64,000 nucleotides of DNA from Azolla caroliniana. Taxonomy: Eukaryota; Plantae; Polypodiophyta. The stretch covers positions 11,098,001-11,162,000 of the forward strand of contig JBHGNT010000011.1 in NCBI GenBank assembly GCA_043228905.1, read 5' to 3'. The notes beneath the pieces were generated by a model. The model saw only the letters and a list, made by a program, of their open reading frames with translations. It was not told where the DNA came from and searched no databases. The first letter of the stretch is position 1; every line of letters starts with the position of its first letter. This document shows positions 11,993 to 27,200 of this stretch, in pieces. The translations under genes and the position numbers were made by a program.

Positions 11993-13366
11993 ATATCTAA
12001 GGTATCCACTTGATCTCATGCAAAGTCATCTCCCATTTATAAATTTAGTAATTGAATTCAACTGAAAGGCATGCTTGAAGGAGTGTATGTTCATAAAGAA
12101 GGTGTGGTTGATTTGTTATCTTAACATTGAATATTAGTGGATCTTTCTAGGTTTGTGGGAGTTGAGGTGATGCGAGCTTGCTCTCTTTGCTCTAAACCAA
12201 TACCTACATCTACTACCCATTGAGAGCTCCTTCATGGTTACCAAGTGTTAACCTTTTTTCTCTATGATTGTTCTAGAGTTTAGCTATGCTTACTAATTCA
12301 CTCTACCAATGCCTATCCACTCTCTTCACCTACAAAAGAAAACTAGAATTTCCAATTTGTTACTATACCCAAAATTAACTCAACTTATACTACTTGGGGC
12401 ACATAAGAGCTAGAAAGGAGTGGAATTATATTTCACTGTACAAAATGTCATTGATAATTTATCAACGATCTCACACTTACAATTACATCATCATGTCTAT
12501 TCTTCCTGTTATTTCACATTGTGGGATTCTGATCATTTCATACCCGTCAAATGGTAATATAGAATATGATTCAAATGATGCAAGTTTTGTTTGATTTAGG
12601 AAATTAATTAATGTGAGAGTTTGATAGCATACAAAATATAAAGCTAGACTATTATATACTTTTTTGGCTATTGAACACATTAATGTAGAGATAATATCTA
12701 GATGTGTGAAAGACCCATTGAACTTGATAAGTAAATGAAATTTGGTTCATGAAGTATATAAAAGCATTTCGGTTGTTGTAACTCAACTATAATGTAATGT
12801 ACATCATGAATTTATTGTTGGTCGACAACTGTACTTTGATAATATCTCTTCTTGATCGCACCTTCCTTATCTCATTGATATAGTAAACGCCCTCATTGCT
12901 CCACCCATGTAATAGGGAGCCTAGGATATTAACCTATACATATGGTGTGCAGAAAGAGCTCAACAAGAATGTGGGTGTGAACAAGCTACAACTAACTCCT
13001 TAGGCATGGCAATAAAGGTAACAATTTTGTAGTTAATGGGTTTGACCATTAGTCCAAAGGATTAATAAGTTAATATATTATAGAAACATTAGTGAGTGTT
13101 TAGGCTAGTTTTTCACTTTAAATGACCAATTATATTTATATACACTCGTTTAGGAGAACATGAGCATAGAAATAATCTTCAATTGTAATTATGCATCAAT
13201 AATCTACTTCATTGTTTCTTTGTGTTGTCGATTTATCTATGAATTATCAATTTTTTAACCCTTATATCTTATTCTAGGTTAGGAGCCATCGTGATTTTTC
13301 CTAACATGATGGCTTAGAGTTTGTTGCATTGTGTCCACCTGTTATTGCAACATTACCACATCCACT

Positions 13367-13488
13367 CATTATCTATATCTATGGGTCAAGTATGTGCACC
13401 TTGAAATTTAACTCCACACCGTTAGCACACCCTCGCATTATCTATGTCTATGGGTCAACTGTGTGCACCTTGAAATTTAACTCTGCAT
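13367..13488. repeat. Tandem duplication, ~69-bp period
   Basis: CATTATCTATRTCTATGGGTCAA...GTGCACCTTGAAATTTAACTC occurs twice. Confidence 0.85.
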
Positions 13489-15100
13489 CACATCACTAGA
13501 TAAAGCCCTTGATCTTGAAAGCAAGTATTTTCATAGGATTGCTAATATTTTCAAGTCCATACCAAAGCTAGTAAGTGCATATATTGGATAGAGTTAGGAT
13601 TTGGTCAATTTCAGTCCTCTAGTTGTTTGTCAATCACACCTCCATATCCCCCTAGATGGGAGAAACCATTCAAAGGAGAAATGTTTATGAGAGTAATTGT
13701 GAGTTAACACTTATCAAATTGTCTATGTCTTATATGAACTTTTATGAACATTTAAATGCGGAGATATAAGGTGTTATGGTTCTTTTTCGCACACGCCTTC
13801 TTTCTATATTATTAACAAAATATTGAGAGTGCTTAAATGATTGGCCAATCCCATGATAGGTATCAAGATCAAAATGGTCAAATGGACAAGAAAAGACATA
13901 TACAATAACTGATGTGTTTAATCATATGTTACAACTTGGAATGCTTTGCAATTGGATTACAATTGGATCAAACCTTTCTATGAACAAGGAAATATAAATA
14001 GTGTAAATAACTATTGGACAATAATGACCTATTATCTTGTGGTGTACCTTTCTCTTTATGTGCATTTCACAATCTTATGGTAAAGCTACATATCTGGATA
14101 TATAAAATGAAGTCATGTTAAGTGTATGGACTAAAAAGAATGGTAAAAGTGTTTATAAAATGGTTGATTTTTTAAAACACCACAGCAACATCAATCATCT
14201 TGTCACTTCTTCGGGTGTTATTGGAGAAGCCATTTCAAAGTTCAAGAATTGTATTGTTGCTTTGTAGGCTTGAAGATTACAACAAAGCTTTTCATATGGT
14301 GTCGTAGGAGCGTGTTTAGATATGCATGCAAGAACTAAAGGTACCAAATGAATATATGCTTGGAATTTCTCACATCTATGAGGATGTGATACGTTATGTC
14401 TATCAGAGATGACATTTCAGTTTTTTTTCACTAGCTTTCAGATTTTAGATTTGAGACTTAATCACTTCCCATTGAGGTCATAACCATTGAAAGTGTGTTG
14501 GTGTGTAGAAGTTAAATAATAAGCAAAGTTCAATTAATTTAATTCAAAAGATGTATAAAATCATTTTTTTGGGTTCCAAATGGATGCTAGAAGAAATAGT
14601 TTGAAAAATGAAATGCATTATACTTGGTTCATGATATCATGTGATTCCTATGTGAATGAGGTTAAGTTTTTGAAATGGTAATGTATCACAACTTGGGAAA
14701 AATATCAAGATTCATTTTTCACACAATAATTACAAATATTGCACATAACTAAAAAACCATCATCTTCTTTGAACAAGGAAACCTCACTCACTAATACATT
14801 TTAGAGCCCATACTTTTGTCCATCATTGAAATCATTGCTTCCATATTGATATAACTTATTAACTAGTTGATGTGAGATACGACATTCAATCATAATCAAG
14901 GAGGCTCATCGATTATGCATATTTTTCCTTGAACAAGTTTGGCAATCTACCACACTTTAATACAATGGTTTGCCTTCAACCACATACATGTTTGCTTTCC
15001 ATGTATTATCGATTCGATTTATTCCTTACACATATTCTTCTCACAATCACAATATATACTCTCAATTGTAATAGTCACAACAAGAGAGGTGTGAGGGGAT

Positions 15101-15143
<43 letters not shown>

Positions 15144-15146
<3 letters not shown>

Positions 15147-18100
15147 GAAAACACACAATTATATTAATAAATGTGTGTGAAAAACACTACTTAGAATGGA
15201 TGTGACAATGGAGTATGGTCACCCACTAACTACACTACACTACATGGGTAGTGGAACATGTTGATTTGCCAATAGGCAATGCGAATACTCCATTGAGGAA
15301 AGAATTTTCACTTGCTCCAATAAAGAAAATTACCACATTAGTATTGTAGCTTTCGTAGATATCGTTTCACTCCATGTATAGCATGGAATACAAAAGCATG
15401 TCCCAATTATGACACAATCCCCAATATCTCAGAAATAGGAAAACGATCTCCATCTCTGACTTTGGGCCAACTTGTGTAAATTGTGCAAACACCCACTATC
15501 TAGGTGTCAAATAACACCGTGATAAAACTTGCCAAATTTGAGAAATGTAACTCCAAATCGGACAAGCAATTGGACATTGTATAAATCAATGAGTACTATC
15601 TTCCATTTTAACAGTGCAAAAGAAGCAATTACTTGTTGCTAGTCCACAACGCTTTAGAGCTAATACCAAAGGCAATCCTCCAATCAAAACTCTCCAAATG
15701 AAGACCTTTACTACAATTGGCAATTTAGAATGCTAACTACGTTGTAAGATCTGCCTCCACCCATGATCAAATTTGTGTATTTTCCATTCTTCTTCATCCT
15801 TAGATGATAATGATCCAAGAGACTCAATAGAGGAATGATACAAAAGATTAGTAGTCACTGGTAATAACGATGTTTGACCTTGTATACACCAATCAATCCA
15901 TGGTTGTTCTCTTGTTTGTAAAAGTACTGAACCTTGCATCAATGCAATATTTTGTAATTGTTGCCAAATAAACCCATAATTAGGCGTGATGCGTAATAAT
16001 TTCCGTGCTTCAACAAACTCCAAAATTCTTTGAGATGAAGCCTTGACTATATCTCCCACCTCGTTGACCCCCAAACAAAACAAACGATTAAATTGAGAGC
16101 ACAATCTCTCCTTTCCTAGGCAACATAATAATCGAGAAGACACAAGTAACTCTTTTTACAAAGAATTACAATGCTCTCTACTAGATGATGGTTTCCATAC
16201 ACATAACAAAGAGTGCTTCTTGCCATGAGGTAAGCAAGTGTTGAACACATGAAGAGCCCGGAATCTTAAGTGAAATACATACATTTAGTAATTACCACCA
16301 TGAAGCCTTAATCGTTGTCCTCACATATGTTAAACCCTTATTCTCAATGAAATATTGCACAATAGATATCCATGGTTGTGAGTTTGAACACATGTCTTGT
16401 AAATTGTAATAATGAAAATCTACGAGCCATCATAATATACATAGATAAGTTCACTATTCCAGCTCCCCCCAAGTGCTTAGGGGTTGCTAGATGATTCCAT
16501 GCAACCCATGTGATTCCCATGTTATCCCTCTTCTTCCACAATAAATATCAAAGAGGTTGCCAAACAAAATGCAAAGCCTTCTTTGTCCATGGAAACAACG
16601 GAAAATAATATAATATCATGGGTTCCATAATACATTGTACAACCTTCAAGCGTACATGAAATGGCCAAGATTGTGACTTCGAATACATGAACTTATCCCT
16701 AAACTTACTAGACATCCATTCAATCAATTGACCATTTGTAATATTCATTCCTAATGGATAGGCCAAGTGTCAAAAAATAGAACCTTTCTTCACCACGGAT
16801 CCTTGCCATCCTAAACATTCTAAATCCCTTTCAGTACATGATATGAGACTAGCTTACTCCAATTAATATGTAATCCAAAAGCCAATGCAAATGTGTTCCA
16901 TACAAGCATTCCCTTCTCAAGATTGTCTCATGAGGCTTGTAGAAACATAAAAGAATCATTAGCGAAAGCTTGTGCTACTAGTTGCCCTCTAGACGGAAGG
17001 TGTAGACCCACAATGTCACCATTTGTTGCAAACCTTAATAACATCACTAACAAGGGATGATTGACAATAATAAACAACAATGGACTAAGTGGGCATCCTT
17101 GATGAACGGATCTTGTAAGGGCAATATCTGATGTAACTCCCCTATTAAGCATTACTTGAGACACCACATCTTGTCCTAATAAAAATATGAGATGAGACAT
17201 ACGAGGTCCAAAGCCCATTGTATGCATTAACCAAGAAACAATGGACCAATTAACATGATCATAAGCTTTCTCCAAATCCAATTGCACCATAATCAATTCT
17301 TGATGACTGTTTTGAGCATAATCCATGGCCATTTGAACATTCAACATATTATGCAATATATTCCTACCTGCAATAAAACCATATTGGACGGGATGTATCA
17401 ACTTTGGCAAATACTTTGTAATCTATTTGCCAAGACCTTTGTAAATACCATATACAACTCCCCCATCAAAGAAATAGGTCTCCATTGATGAAATGACTCG
17501 GGAGATGACACCTTTGGAACTAATTTAATTATACAAACCTTCCAAGCTTGAGGCATACAACTAGAATCCCAAGAATGTTGAAACATCAAAGTTAAGGGCC
17601 CCTTTAAAATGTTCGAATATCGCTTAAAAACTTCATTTGTCAAGCCATCCCAACTAGGGCCTTTACCACTAGGAAGATGCCTTAAAACCATGTCCACCTC
17701 ATCCTTAGTGAAATCTGCATCCAATTCATGACTAATTAGATCATTCACAATACATCCAACCACATAATAAAACTCATGACATGCTCTACTCACCTCATTT
17801 GTCATTAACAACTACGGCCCAATCAACTCCTTAAAGTAATGAACACATATGTCAATTATTGTAGTAGGATCCACTATCAATTCATCCCCTTGTTTCACAT
17901 ATACCACATTAGATCAAGCATAAGTAGGATGTAATGCTAGGAAAAACAAATGAGATTGACATTGATTATCTATGACCCCATCCCTGAGTTGTCGCATCTT
18001 AGCATAACAATAACTTTGGCATTGCAATTGAGAAATAATAACATGCAATTGACTCTAGATATCCAAAAGCTCCTCATCTAATGGTGCATGTATCTATAAT

Positions 18101-20600
18101 GCATTACACTTGGAGAGAACTTGTGAGAACCTCTTCTTCGTTGAGCATTAGTTTCTCCATACATACGATGAATGATCTTAATGTTTCATAACATGATTTC
18201 CAATGTTTTAACTCCTTTAAGATTCACTTGTTGTGAAAAAGTTACCAAAATTTGGTCCATGAGAGAATCAAAGTGAGGTTGAAGCAAAAGAGAAGAGTTA
18301 AAGCGTTATGGAGGCTTTCCAAGTAAGGCTTTATACATGTCGATTGCATGACTACAAATCTCCAAACAAATAGGAAAGTGATCTGAAGTTCCTACATCGT
18401 GAAGAACTGTCATACGAGGTGATGTCAGTAAAACAAAATCCTCATGCATCACATACATTCTATCTAACCGACTCCATGTTTGTCTATGTTGAGCGGATTG
18501 GAGGGTAAAACCTAGATCATTCCCATGCAACCATGTTCAAACATCCAACTTAAAAACCTCCATAGCCAATGAATCCCAAGCAAGTTGCTCAGGATCATCC
18601 ATGATTGAATGTTTAGACGTAGATTGAGATAAATCAACACACATGTTAAAATCAGCCATAAGTAATCCTAGACGGCCCACCCATAGGGTTTGAAGGAGTG
18701 AGCCCCATAATGCAATACGTTGAGTGGCTTGGTTAGGGGCATAAATCCCAACCTCCCACACAACCTAGCCAAAAAAGTAATTTCTAGAACCAAAAACCGA
18801 CCATAAGGATCATTATGCACCACTTGAGGATAATAATTATCCTACACGATTAATACCACACTTGAATAATGATTATTAAGATGTCCTTCATAGAATGATG
18901 AATATCCACGCAAATGAACAGTTTCAATCCTACTGACTCATGACACTTATGCTCAATTGCACATAATACATCCCATTCTTTACTTAACAAAGTTTCCCAT
19001 AATATATACTTCTTATGAGGAGAACATGCCCCTCTCACATTCCATGTTACCATTTTCATTCAAATAAAAATGTTATGGGTGCACCTACTCCTTTCGAGCA
19101 ATCGATGTCTTGAAACTAGTCAAAGCATGTTCTAGTGTTGCATATGGATTTTCGTGCACCGCATCCTTAGGATTGTTTATCGAAATCTTTTGTGTAGGTC
19201 CTCCCGCTTGATGAAAACCTCGAGAATTCAATGAATTTACAACTTGTCCCAATGAATCAAATTGACAGTGAAGGGGTAAATCCCTTGTCCCTAAATTGTC
19301 ATTGCCAAAGAGCTTTTCAAGGACTCTCCCTAGTTCCCGAATTACCTTGCCAAGTAGTCTTATGAGTAGTGGGCAAACTATTACGTTGCATATTCATTGA
19401 TTTCCCCTTAACCTTATGCCAATCTTTATCAACAACAACATCACTACTAGTTCTATCCAACAGTTTTTTCCCCTTATCTATAACCATCAAACTTTGTTTT
19501 TCTATATCCATAGATTGAGTTCCCTTATTCTTAGGGCCCAAACCTTGAGGTGAGGCCTCTTTATAACCTGCTCTAGATGATGTTCGTTCATCCATAACAA
19601 CCACAATATCTGTCACACCAACATCTCTCCCCACTCTGTCCTTACCATTCCCTTCATTAGGAACCTCTAAAGTTGGAGGACAATGACGTTGGCATTACGC
19701 CATAAAGTGATTTCATTCACCACATCCAAAACAATGACCTGCAAATGTCTCCCACTTCAATTTAAAACAAAGTCTTTTCATACCAAGTGTGTTCATATGC
19801 ACCCATCCTGGCCTCTTATGACTTGTATCCCATAACACATAAAATCTGCACTTATTTGTAGCATTTGCATGTGGAGATACCAATACTTTACCCATTTGAC
19901 TCATCAACTCTCGTAAATTGGCCATAAAAATGCATGCTTACAATCCATTGTTACCCAAACAAGGCATTCTTGTTTCAACAAAGCATGATTGTCCACTACG
20001 GGGGACCATTGCATTACATGCACTAATCGTTTATCAAAAAACGTTGGAACTTTAGCCAACAATGCACTTCGATGTTCAGGGGACCAAAATACTCCATCAT
20101 AAAACCCTCGTGGTCTTGCAAATATACCCTCAACACAATTTGGTGACACGATTGTGTTCAACCATTGTTTAATCCAATTTATATATGGGAGTTTCCCGGT
20201 AAATAATAATAATAACAATTGCACGATCATAGAATACATCAAATGATTGCAACATTGCCTTAGCATCAACTTCCATGTCATGCACATCCTCATCGATGCA
20301 TTCTTTTGCTGCATTTCCATTTTCTTCCACAATATCAGACACACAAGGTATTGGCAATTCCCCATAAACTATCCCAATTACGATGATCTTTGTCAACTTC
20401 GTCTACATGTATTGCCTTAGCATATGTTAATTTCTTCTCATTAGCTTCCTCAAAACCCTTAAACCTCTTAGAGCTTCCAAATTCTTCCCTTTCACGATTA
20501 CATTCAACTATCACATTACTCTTTATTGAATCAATGATTCCCATATCGATGTCCCCCACAAATTTTGAAGAATTCATGTTTATATCCATTATTCTTGATG
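15144..20600 (-). mobile_element. Near full-length decayed L1-clade LINE (ORF1 and ORF2)
   Basis: ORF1 fragments include LVHVMQWSP and CFGCGE. ORF2 has AP-endonuclease motifs MVTWNVRG, IYAPN, SRLDR, SDHFPI and RT motifs WRPISL, LDLEKAYDHV, QGCPLSPLLF. The 3' end abuts (CT)20 at 15104-15143. The 5' boundary is approximate. Confidence 0.92.
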
Positions 20601-21469
20601 TGATGTCAATCTAGGGGTATACATGAACATTTACATTTAGGGGCACTCATGATCGCCCAACATATAGATAACTACCGAAACAACTTAAAGCATTTGAAGG
20701 TATTCCATTTGTCATATGTGAAATTGGGAGGTCTCACATTCATACAATTATAGAGGATAAAAGACCATGAGATTTGAGGATCGTTTTATATATAATGATT
20801 CCATCAAATCTTGATTCTAAGTTAACAATATTTTCAAGTTGTTTAAACGAGATTGTGACTTGAGTTGCCAGAATGAAGATACATGAAGCTCGAAATGGAC
20901 CTAAAAATAATGGTTATCAATTTACACAATTAAAAATGAGTTGTACGATTAAAATGAAGCAGTAACCAAGAAGACTCCTATAAATTATATACATTTACAA
21001 TACAATAGATGAATCATGGAGCTATTATGTTTTATGTTGATACAGACATAATAGCTAATTTTCAAGGATCATGTCAAGAAATACTACCGGACTTCTTAGA
21101 CTTTTGCCCTATATAAACTATTTGGTCCTCCTTAACTCATCTATTGGCACCACACCTAATTTGAATCTTGTATTGTCACATGCTGTGAATCTATCCACAC
21201 ATAATTCATCTATCAAACTCTTTGACTGTTTTGTGCCAACTAAATAAATACATGGACTTGTGTTATTTATGTATGCATATGCGTGTCAACAACGTACGTA
21301 CGTATATTTGCACTCATAGGGTTTAAAGGACATGGACTCATTCATATAAGGTTGACAACCACGTGAATGGGAACATTTAATGAGTAGGAGTATTGATTCA
21401 CTCTATCAAAATTTTAAGGGACACGGTTCCAATAATTATTTTGCTTGTGTTGCTCATTAATATTCATTG

Positions 21470-21846
21470 ATAGCTAGATTGAATGTAAATTGACGCTAGA
21501 GAGATTATCTCCCATTAGGGGATTGTTATGCAAGAATTAGAGCCTATCTAGAGCATAATCATTGGGGTTGCATGATCACCCTATACAAAACTCTCAGTCT
21601 CTCAATGATAAGGAGAATGTATTGGAGATGATTCTCACAAACTATTTTGGGTTACCCCAAAATAGCTAGATTGAATGTAAATTGATCCTAGAGAGATATT
21701 ATCTCCCATTAAGAGATTGCTATGCAAGAATTAGAGCCTATCTAGAGCATAATCAATGGGGTTACATGTTCGCCCTATTCAAAACTCTCAATGATGAGGA
21801 GAATGTATTGGAGATGATTCTCACAAACTATTTTGGGTTACCCCAA
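21470..21846. repeat. Tandem duplication, ~192-bp unit
   Basis: ATAGCTAGATTGAATGTAAATTGA...TTTTGGGTTACCCCAA starts at 21470 and again at 21662. Confidence 0.92.
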
Positions 21847-22411
21847 GATCTTGTCTCTCTTCCATTGTAACTTGTACCAAAAAAACTACTTCGAAATAAT
21901 TATTCTAGCATTCACCCACTACTAGGTTACTTTCTAGTGGATACAATTTACATGTCTAGACTCTAGACTCTAGACTCTCAAACACAAAGTGTGGCTCCAT
22001 TTGACCCCATAGGCCAATATGCTTCAACATGAAATACAAGCTCTCCTTATCTCTCACTCTCTCTCACTCTCTCTCTCTCTCGTTATGATTCCACTCATAG
22101 CAAAAGTACATATTGGACGATGGTATATTATACTCGTGAATTTTAACCAAGTCTATAGGATGTAAGATTCACAATGGCAGGTCATACCGATGAATTTCAA
22201 CCAGCTCAATAGGATGCAAGACGTGATCCCATGTAGGACAAAGTTTGTTGAGGGTTGTAGATGTGTTTGGAAAATTAGATGTTTGGACCTCAATGTGTCA
22301 GATAGAACCATAGGTCATGCACAAATGTGTATAACCATGAAATTGCTAAATCTTATTGCAAATCATTTTGGTAAAGTGAAACATTTGCTAGCTCATAAGA
22401 TGTGTTAAAAT

Positions 22412-22843
22412 TAACAGTCAGAAACGGTTCGGTTTGAAATTAACCGCGGCTTAACGGTTTAAACGGTTCAGTTCGGATTCAAGAGTTAGAAACCGCGGTT
22501 TAAACGGTTAAACAGTTTTTTTAATTTTATTTTAAACAATTTTTTCATTTTCAGGCCTTATTCTCACATTTTAGGAAAATCTTTAAAATTTTGAGAATTT
22601 AAAATAATGAAATATTTTAATTTTAAAATTTAAAAAATTTAAAATTTTAATTTTGACCTAACTTGAAAATCGAAACCGAAGTGCGGTTTTAACGGTTTGA
22701 AATTTTTTTAACAGTTCAGTTTAACAGTTTCAAGGTTTGGTTTGGTTTGGTTTGGTTCAGGTTTCAATATTTTTAAACGGTTCGGTTTCAAACATGTTCG
22801 GTTTTGACCCTCTCAAGCTGAACCCAATCATTGCCGATTGTTA
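22412..22843. mobile_element. hAT-type MITE
   Basis: Imperfect terminal inverted repeats (TIRs) TAACAGTCAG / CCGATTGTTA; 8-bp TSD GTTAAAAT / GTTAAAAA (7 of 8 match); many subterminal AACGGTT and AAACCG motifs around an AT-rich core. Confidence 0.72.
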
Positions 22844-24151
22844 GTTAAAAACAATTACTTTATTTAGTTTTTGGCCTCCTTTGCTTCATATGAATGCAAT
22901 ACAATTACCCTCGTCATGGGATCTTCACCCAGATGGGCCTTTCTAATGTTTGTCCCTTAACCTCTCATCTTTAGCATGAATATGGCTAACTCAATATCAT
23001 TGTATTTTCCCCGTTTTACTTGTTATCATCGTATTCCACAAGGATTTATTTTCTTGATCTCTACTAAAATTATTACACTACTTGCACAAATGTGTTTGTT
23101 TGGTATGCACAATGTAATATAGACAATGTCTAATCACTCTAAGGTAAGTATTTCTTGAAAACCATAAGCTAATGAGAGAGTAATAATGAAATGCTTTTTT
23201 TTTTGAACCTATTGATTGCATATATGATTTGCATGGGACTGGCAAGATTGTAAGCAATATATAATCTTAACAATAATTTAGTTGCCTTTGCTTTATCAAG
23301 AACACTAGCGAGAGTTAAATAATGCAAAATATTGGGCAATGGTAAGGGTGGATTGTAGCCTCTTGGAAGCTTACGAGGAACACACAAAACCCATTTTATC
23401 ATCTAAATACTTACTAGTCCAGATGTTCTACCAACATCTCAAAACAAATTAAATTCATGTGACTTCTTTTTGTGCATATAAACTTGACTTGAAACTATTT
23501 TTATGCAAAGAAAAATATACATTTTTTTTTGGTTCCCGATTCAGATGTGATGAGCGATCTTGGAGCGTTCGAGACTCCATCATTTTGGCTAGAAAGAATA
23601 CACTCAACATACCTCTTTATCTATGAGCCATACGTGGTTAGCCTTAATATATTGCACGACATGTCATTTTTAGATGGTTAAAATACGATACACCTCTAAT
23701 ATCCATAAGCCTCGATAGTAGAAACAATACAATTTGTAAAAATTACTCCCAATACAACTTCAATTGGGGTGCGTGTGTGTGTGTTCATGGTACACAAAAT
23801 TAGCACCCAAAAATGTCCAATGTTATATAATATTAAAATTCATATAGAGCTATTTTTTCACACACACAATCTTTGATTTGCCCTTTGGTCTTCTGCCACC
23901 TCCTCCTCCCCCTCCCCCTCCCCCTCCTCCTCCTCTCTTTTTATTCTATTTGATATATATAAATTATAATATATATATATGTATGTATGTATGTATGTAT
24001 TTGTTTATTTATTTGATTATTACTATGAGTATTCAATGCTGTATTTTTTGGCCTTGTGTGTTTGCTGATATTTATTTTATCTATTGCTATTAGTATTGGT
24101 ATATCGTTTTATTCATTGTTCTAATGAATATTGAATGGGATCAATCCCTCC

Positions 24152-24153
<2 letters not shown>

Positions 24154-24182
<29 letters not shown>

Positions 24183-24183
24183 C
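24154..24183. repeat. (CTT)n tract in the probable 5' UTR or promoter of the kinase gene
   Basis: Trinucleotide repeat about 100 bp upstream of the ATG. Confidence 0.85.
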
Positions 24184-24284
24184 TCTGTCTCTCTCAATTC
24201 AAGTTCTCCATGGCCTCTTATGCCCACATGAGCAATCCTTTCTTTCTTCTTCTTCTTCATTTCTCTAGCTAATCATCATTGCTA

Positions 24285-27200
24285 ATGATTAACACTATCT
24301 TCCTAAGCTCTACTTCTCCTCATCATCGTCATCATGCTCATCCAATAGGATCACACAACTCAACTACACCACTCATAACAAGTTTTCATTGCTTCACAAC
24401 CACATCATCATCATCATCACCTTGTCACAAGCATTGCCATTCTTTTCTTCCACATAATATATGGGCACCCCATTCCATCCTCATTTTGGTACTGATGGCC
24501 TTCTTTGTGATGAACAACAGCAGCATAGATGTGGCCAGTGGGATGGGCACCATGTCCACCATAGCCACAGCCTATGATAGCAAAGGGGGTGCTTATGTGT
24601 GTGGGATAATGCAAGGATCCTTGCAAAACATCCAATGCTGGTCTTCTTCTTCTTCTTCTAACTCTAATACTGAGTTGTATACTAGGCAAAAGTCTTCTTC
24701 ATATGATGAAGAGAAGGGTGGTAGTGGTGGTAGTAGTAGTAGTAGTAATAGTAGTAGTAATGGTCATGTTGAACTAGTTTCCCCTTCTAGCAAGCCCTTT
24801 GTCGGGATATCAGGTGGCAAAGGCACCTTATGTGGTATCAGGGCTGATACTAGTAGACCTCTATGTTGGGAAACAAACAATCTAACCTCCCCTAAGAGGC
24901 TCAAAGACCTACCTTTCTCTAGTATTGTCACAGGAGGACAACAAGTTTGCGGCCTCAGCAGCTCCGTGACTGTGACTGAGACCGAACCCGAACCCGGTCG
25001 TGATCCCGAACCCACACCTTTGCAAAATCCCTCTAACACCACATTTGCATTCTGTTGGAGGAACAAGAGCCTCACACAAGACACACCCTCCAGGCAACCC
25101 TTCTCGATGCTCGCGTCCGGGGTGGGGTTTGTATGTGGTCTCACACCATACCCCATCTCAACAGTGCAATGCTGGGAAGCCGGGGGAGAAGGCAGGTTGT
25201 CGGGCTTCGGCTCGGCTTTGGCTTCGGCTTCCAACCCCTACGACGACGACGGTGCTGATGCAACGATCTCTCATTGGCCGAATGCGACATTCTGGGCGAT
25301 CCAGGCAGGCGCGCGCCATGCATGTGGCATCACGCCCGCCTTCAATGTGCAGTGTTGGGGAGAGCGATCGTACGGTCAGGCTCGGCCGCCTGATGGCCGG
25401 CAGTTCCTGGCCCTCGCGCTGGGCGACCGGCACAGCTGCGGCATCGAGGCCTTCTCGCGGGCCGTGCTCTGCTGGGGCGACAACACGCAGGGTCAGGCCA
25501 CATCCCCACCATCCAGCCTCCCGCCCTTCCTTTCGATCTCGGCCGCCGATTTCTTCACCTGCGGAATCCTCTCGAATCTCTCGGTCTTCTGCTGGGGCGG
25601 GCCTGTTTTCAAATCCGATGGCTTTCTCCTCCCTCTCGATCTCGCCATCCCGAGCCCTTGCACCGCGCTGCCGTGTGCTTCCGGAAGCTTCGGCCGATCC
25701 AATTTCAATTCCACTGCCTCTTCGTCTTCTTCCAAGATATGTTCTAGCCCTCTACTCCATGTGTGCACCCCTTGCAGGATTGGATGCCAAGGCTCTTCCA
25801 CTCAAACAAGCGAGTGCACTCCCCAGCATGACATCACTTGCTCCATGGCTGAACCGCCATTAACTGCAGCCCCTGGCCCTGGCCCCACAACAACTGCAAT
25901 CCGAGTGATTGAGGAAGAAGGGAAGCTCAGCAAGCCCCTCGTTGCCCTTGCTGCACTGGGCTCCCTGGGGGCCCTATTGGGCCTTTTCACACTGGGATGG
26001 TGCCTCTGGATGAAGCTTTGCCGCCGGCCCGTCGACGCCTCTCAAGGAAGAGTTCACAATAACTCGGTCGCTGGAACCGCAGTGCCGGCTACGTCTCTGT
26101 CCACTCCCCCTACCCGGCCCATACGAAGGCAACGGAGCTCCACCTCGGCCGCACGAGCCCGGGGAGACACGACCCCTGGCAAAGCACAAGCTTTCTCCAT
26201 AGCCGAGATGATGGCTGCCACACTCGACTTCTCCGACGAGAACAAGATCGCTGCCGGAAGCTTCGGGTTCGTGTACAGGGGCATCTTGGCCGATGGCACC
26301 GAAGTGGCCATCAAGAGGAGGGAGAAAGAGACGGTATCCAACGACCGGAAAATGGAGGAGAAAGAGAGCGCTTTCGAGTCCGAGCTCGAGTTCTTATCAA
26401 GACTCCATCACAAGCATTTAGTGAGCTTGGTAGGCTATTGTGATGAAGAAGATGAGAGAATGCTGGTGTATGAGTATATGCCCAATGGGACACTCCATGA
26501 CCATCTCCACGGGAGAAGCGGACTAAGCGATGCAATGGAGGTGTTGCCGTGGCAAATGAGGATCAAGATAGCTCTGGAAGCAGCCAGAGGGGTGGAGTAT
26601 CTTCATACCTATGCAATTCCACCTATCATCCATAGAGATATCAAGAGCTCCAACATCTTGCTTGATGGGGCATGGAATGCTCGGGTCTCGGATTTCGGCC
26701 TCTCCACCCGTGGCCCCGCCGAGGACTCGCATTTGTCCCTAATGGCCGCCGGAACCCTAGGCTACATGGACCCCGAGTATTACCGGCTCCAGCACCTCAC
26801 GATCAAGAGCGACGTGTATAGCTTCGGGGTCGTTCTCCTTGAGATCCTGACTGGAGAGAGGGCGATCCACAAGCAAAGCCACGGGCCCGTGAACATCGTG
26901 GATTTCGCGGTGCCGAGGATACTGAATCATAGCCTCGCATCCATACTCGACCAAAGGCCGGGCGTGCCAAGAGCCAATGAGCTCAAAGCATTAGAGATGA
27001 TCGGGCAACTCGCGGCTACTTGTGTCCAGCTTGAGGGTAAAGGGAGGCCCACGATGACAGACATCGTCGCGGTTCTAGAGGAAGCTATGGCCTGTGGGAG
27101 CAATGTTCAAAGCCGGAGCCAGTCGGCCGCAGCATTTTCGACTCAGCATGCCCCTAGGGATAAGCCCGGGGTGCCTTTTGCTCATGGTCTTGATGCTATA

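Noticed and set aside
12700-15050. Possible decayed DNA-transposase remnant
   Set aside because: No ORF or motif could be reliably read; it needs a translated profile search.
25000-25863. 287-aa overlapping ORF, and the many antisense ORFs over both genes
   Set aside because: Shadow ORFs expected in GC-rich coding sequence; no recognisable motifs.
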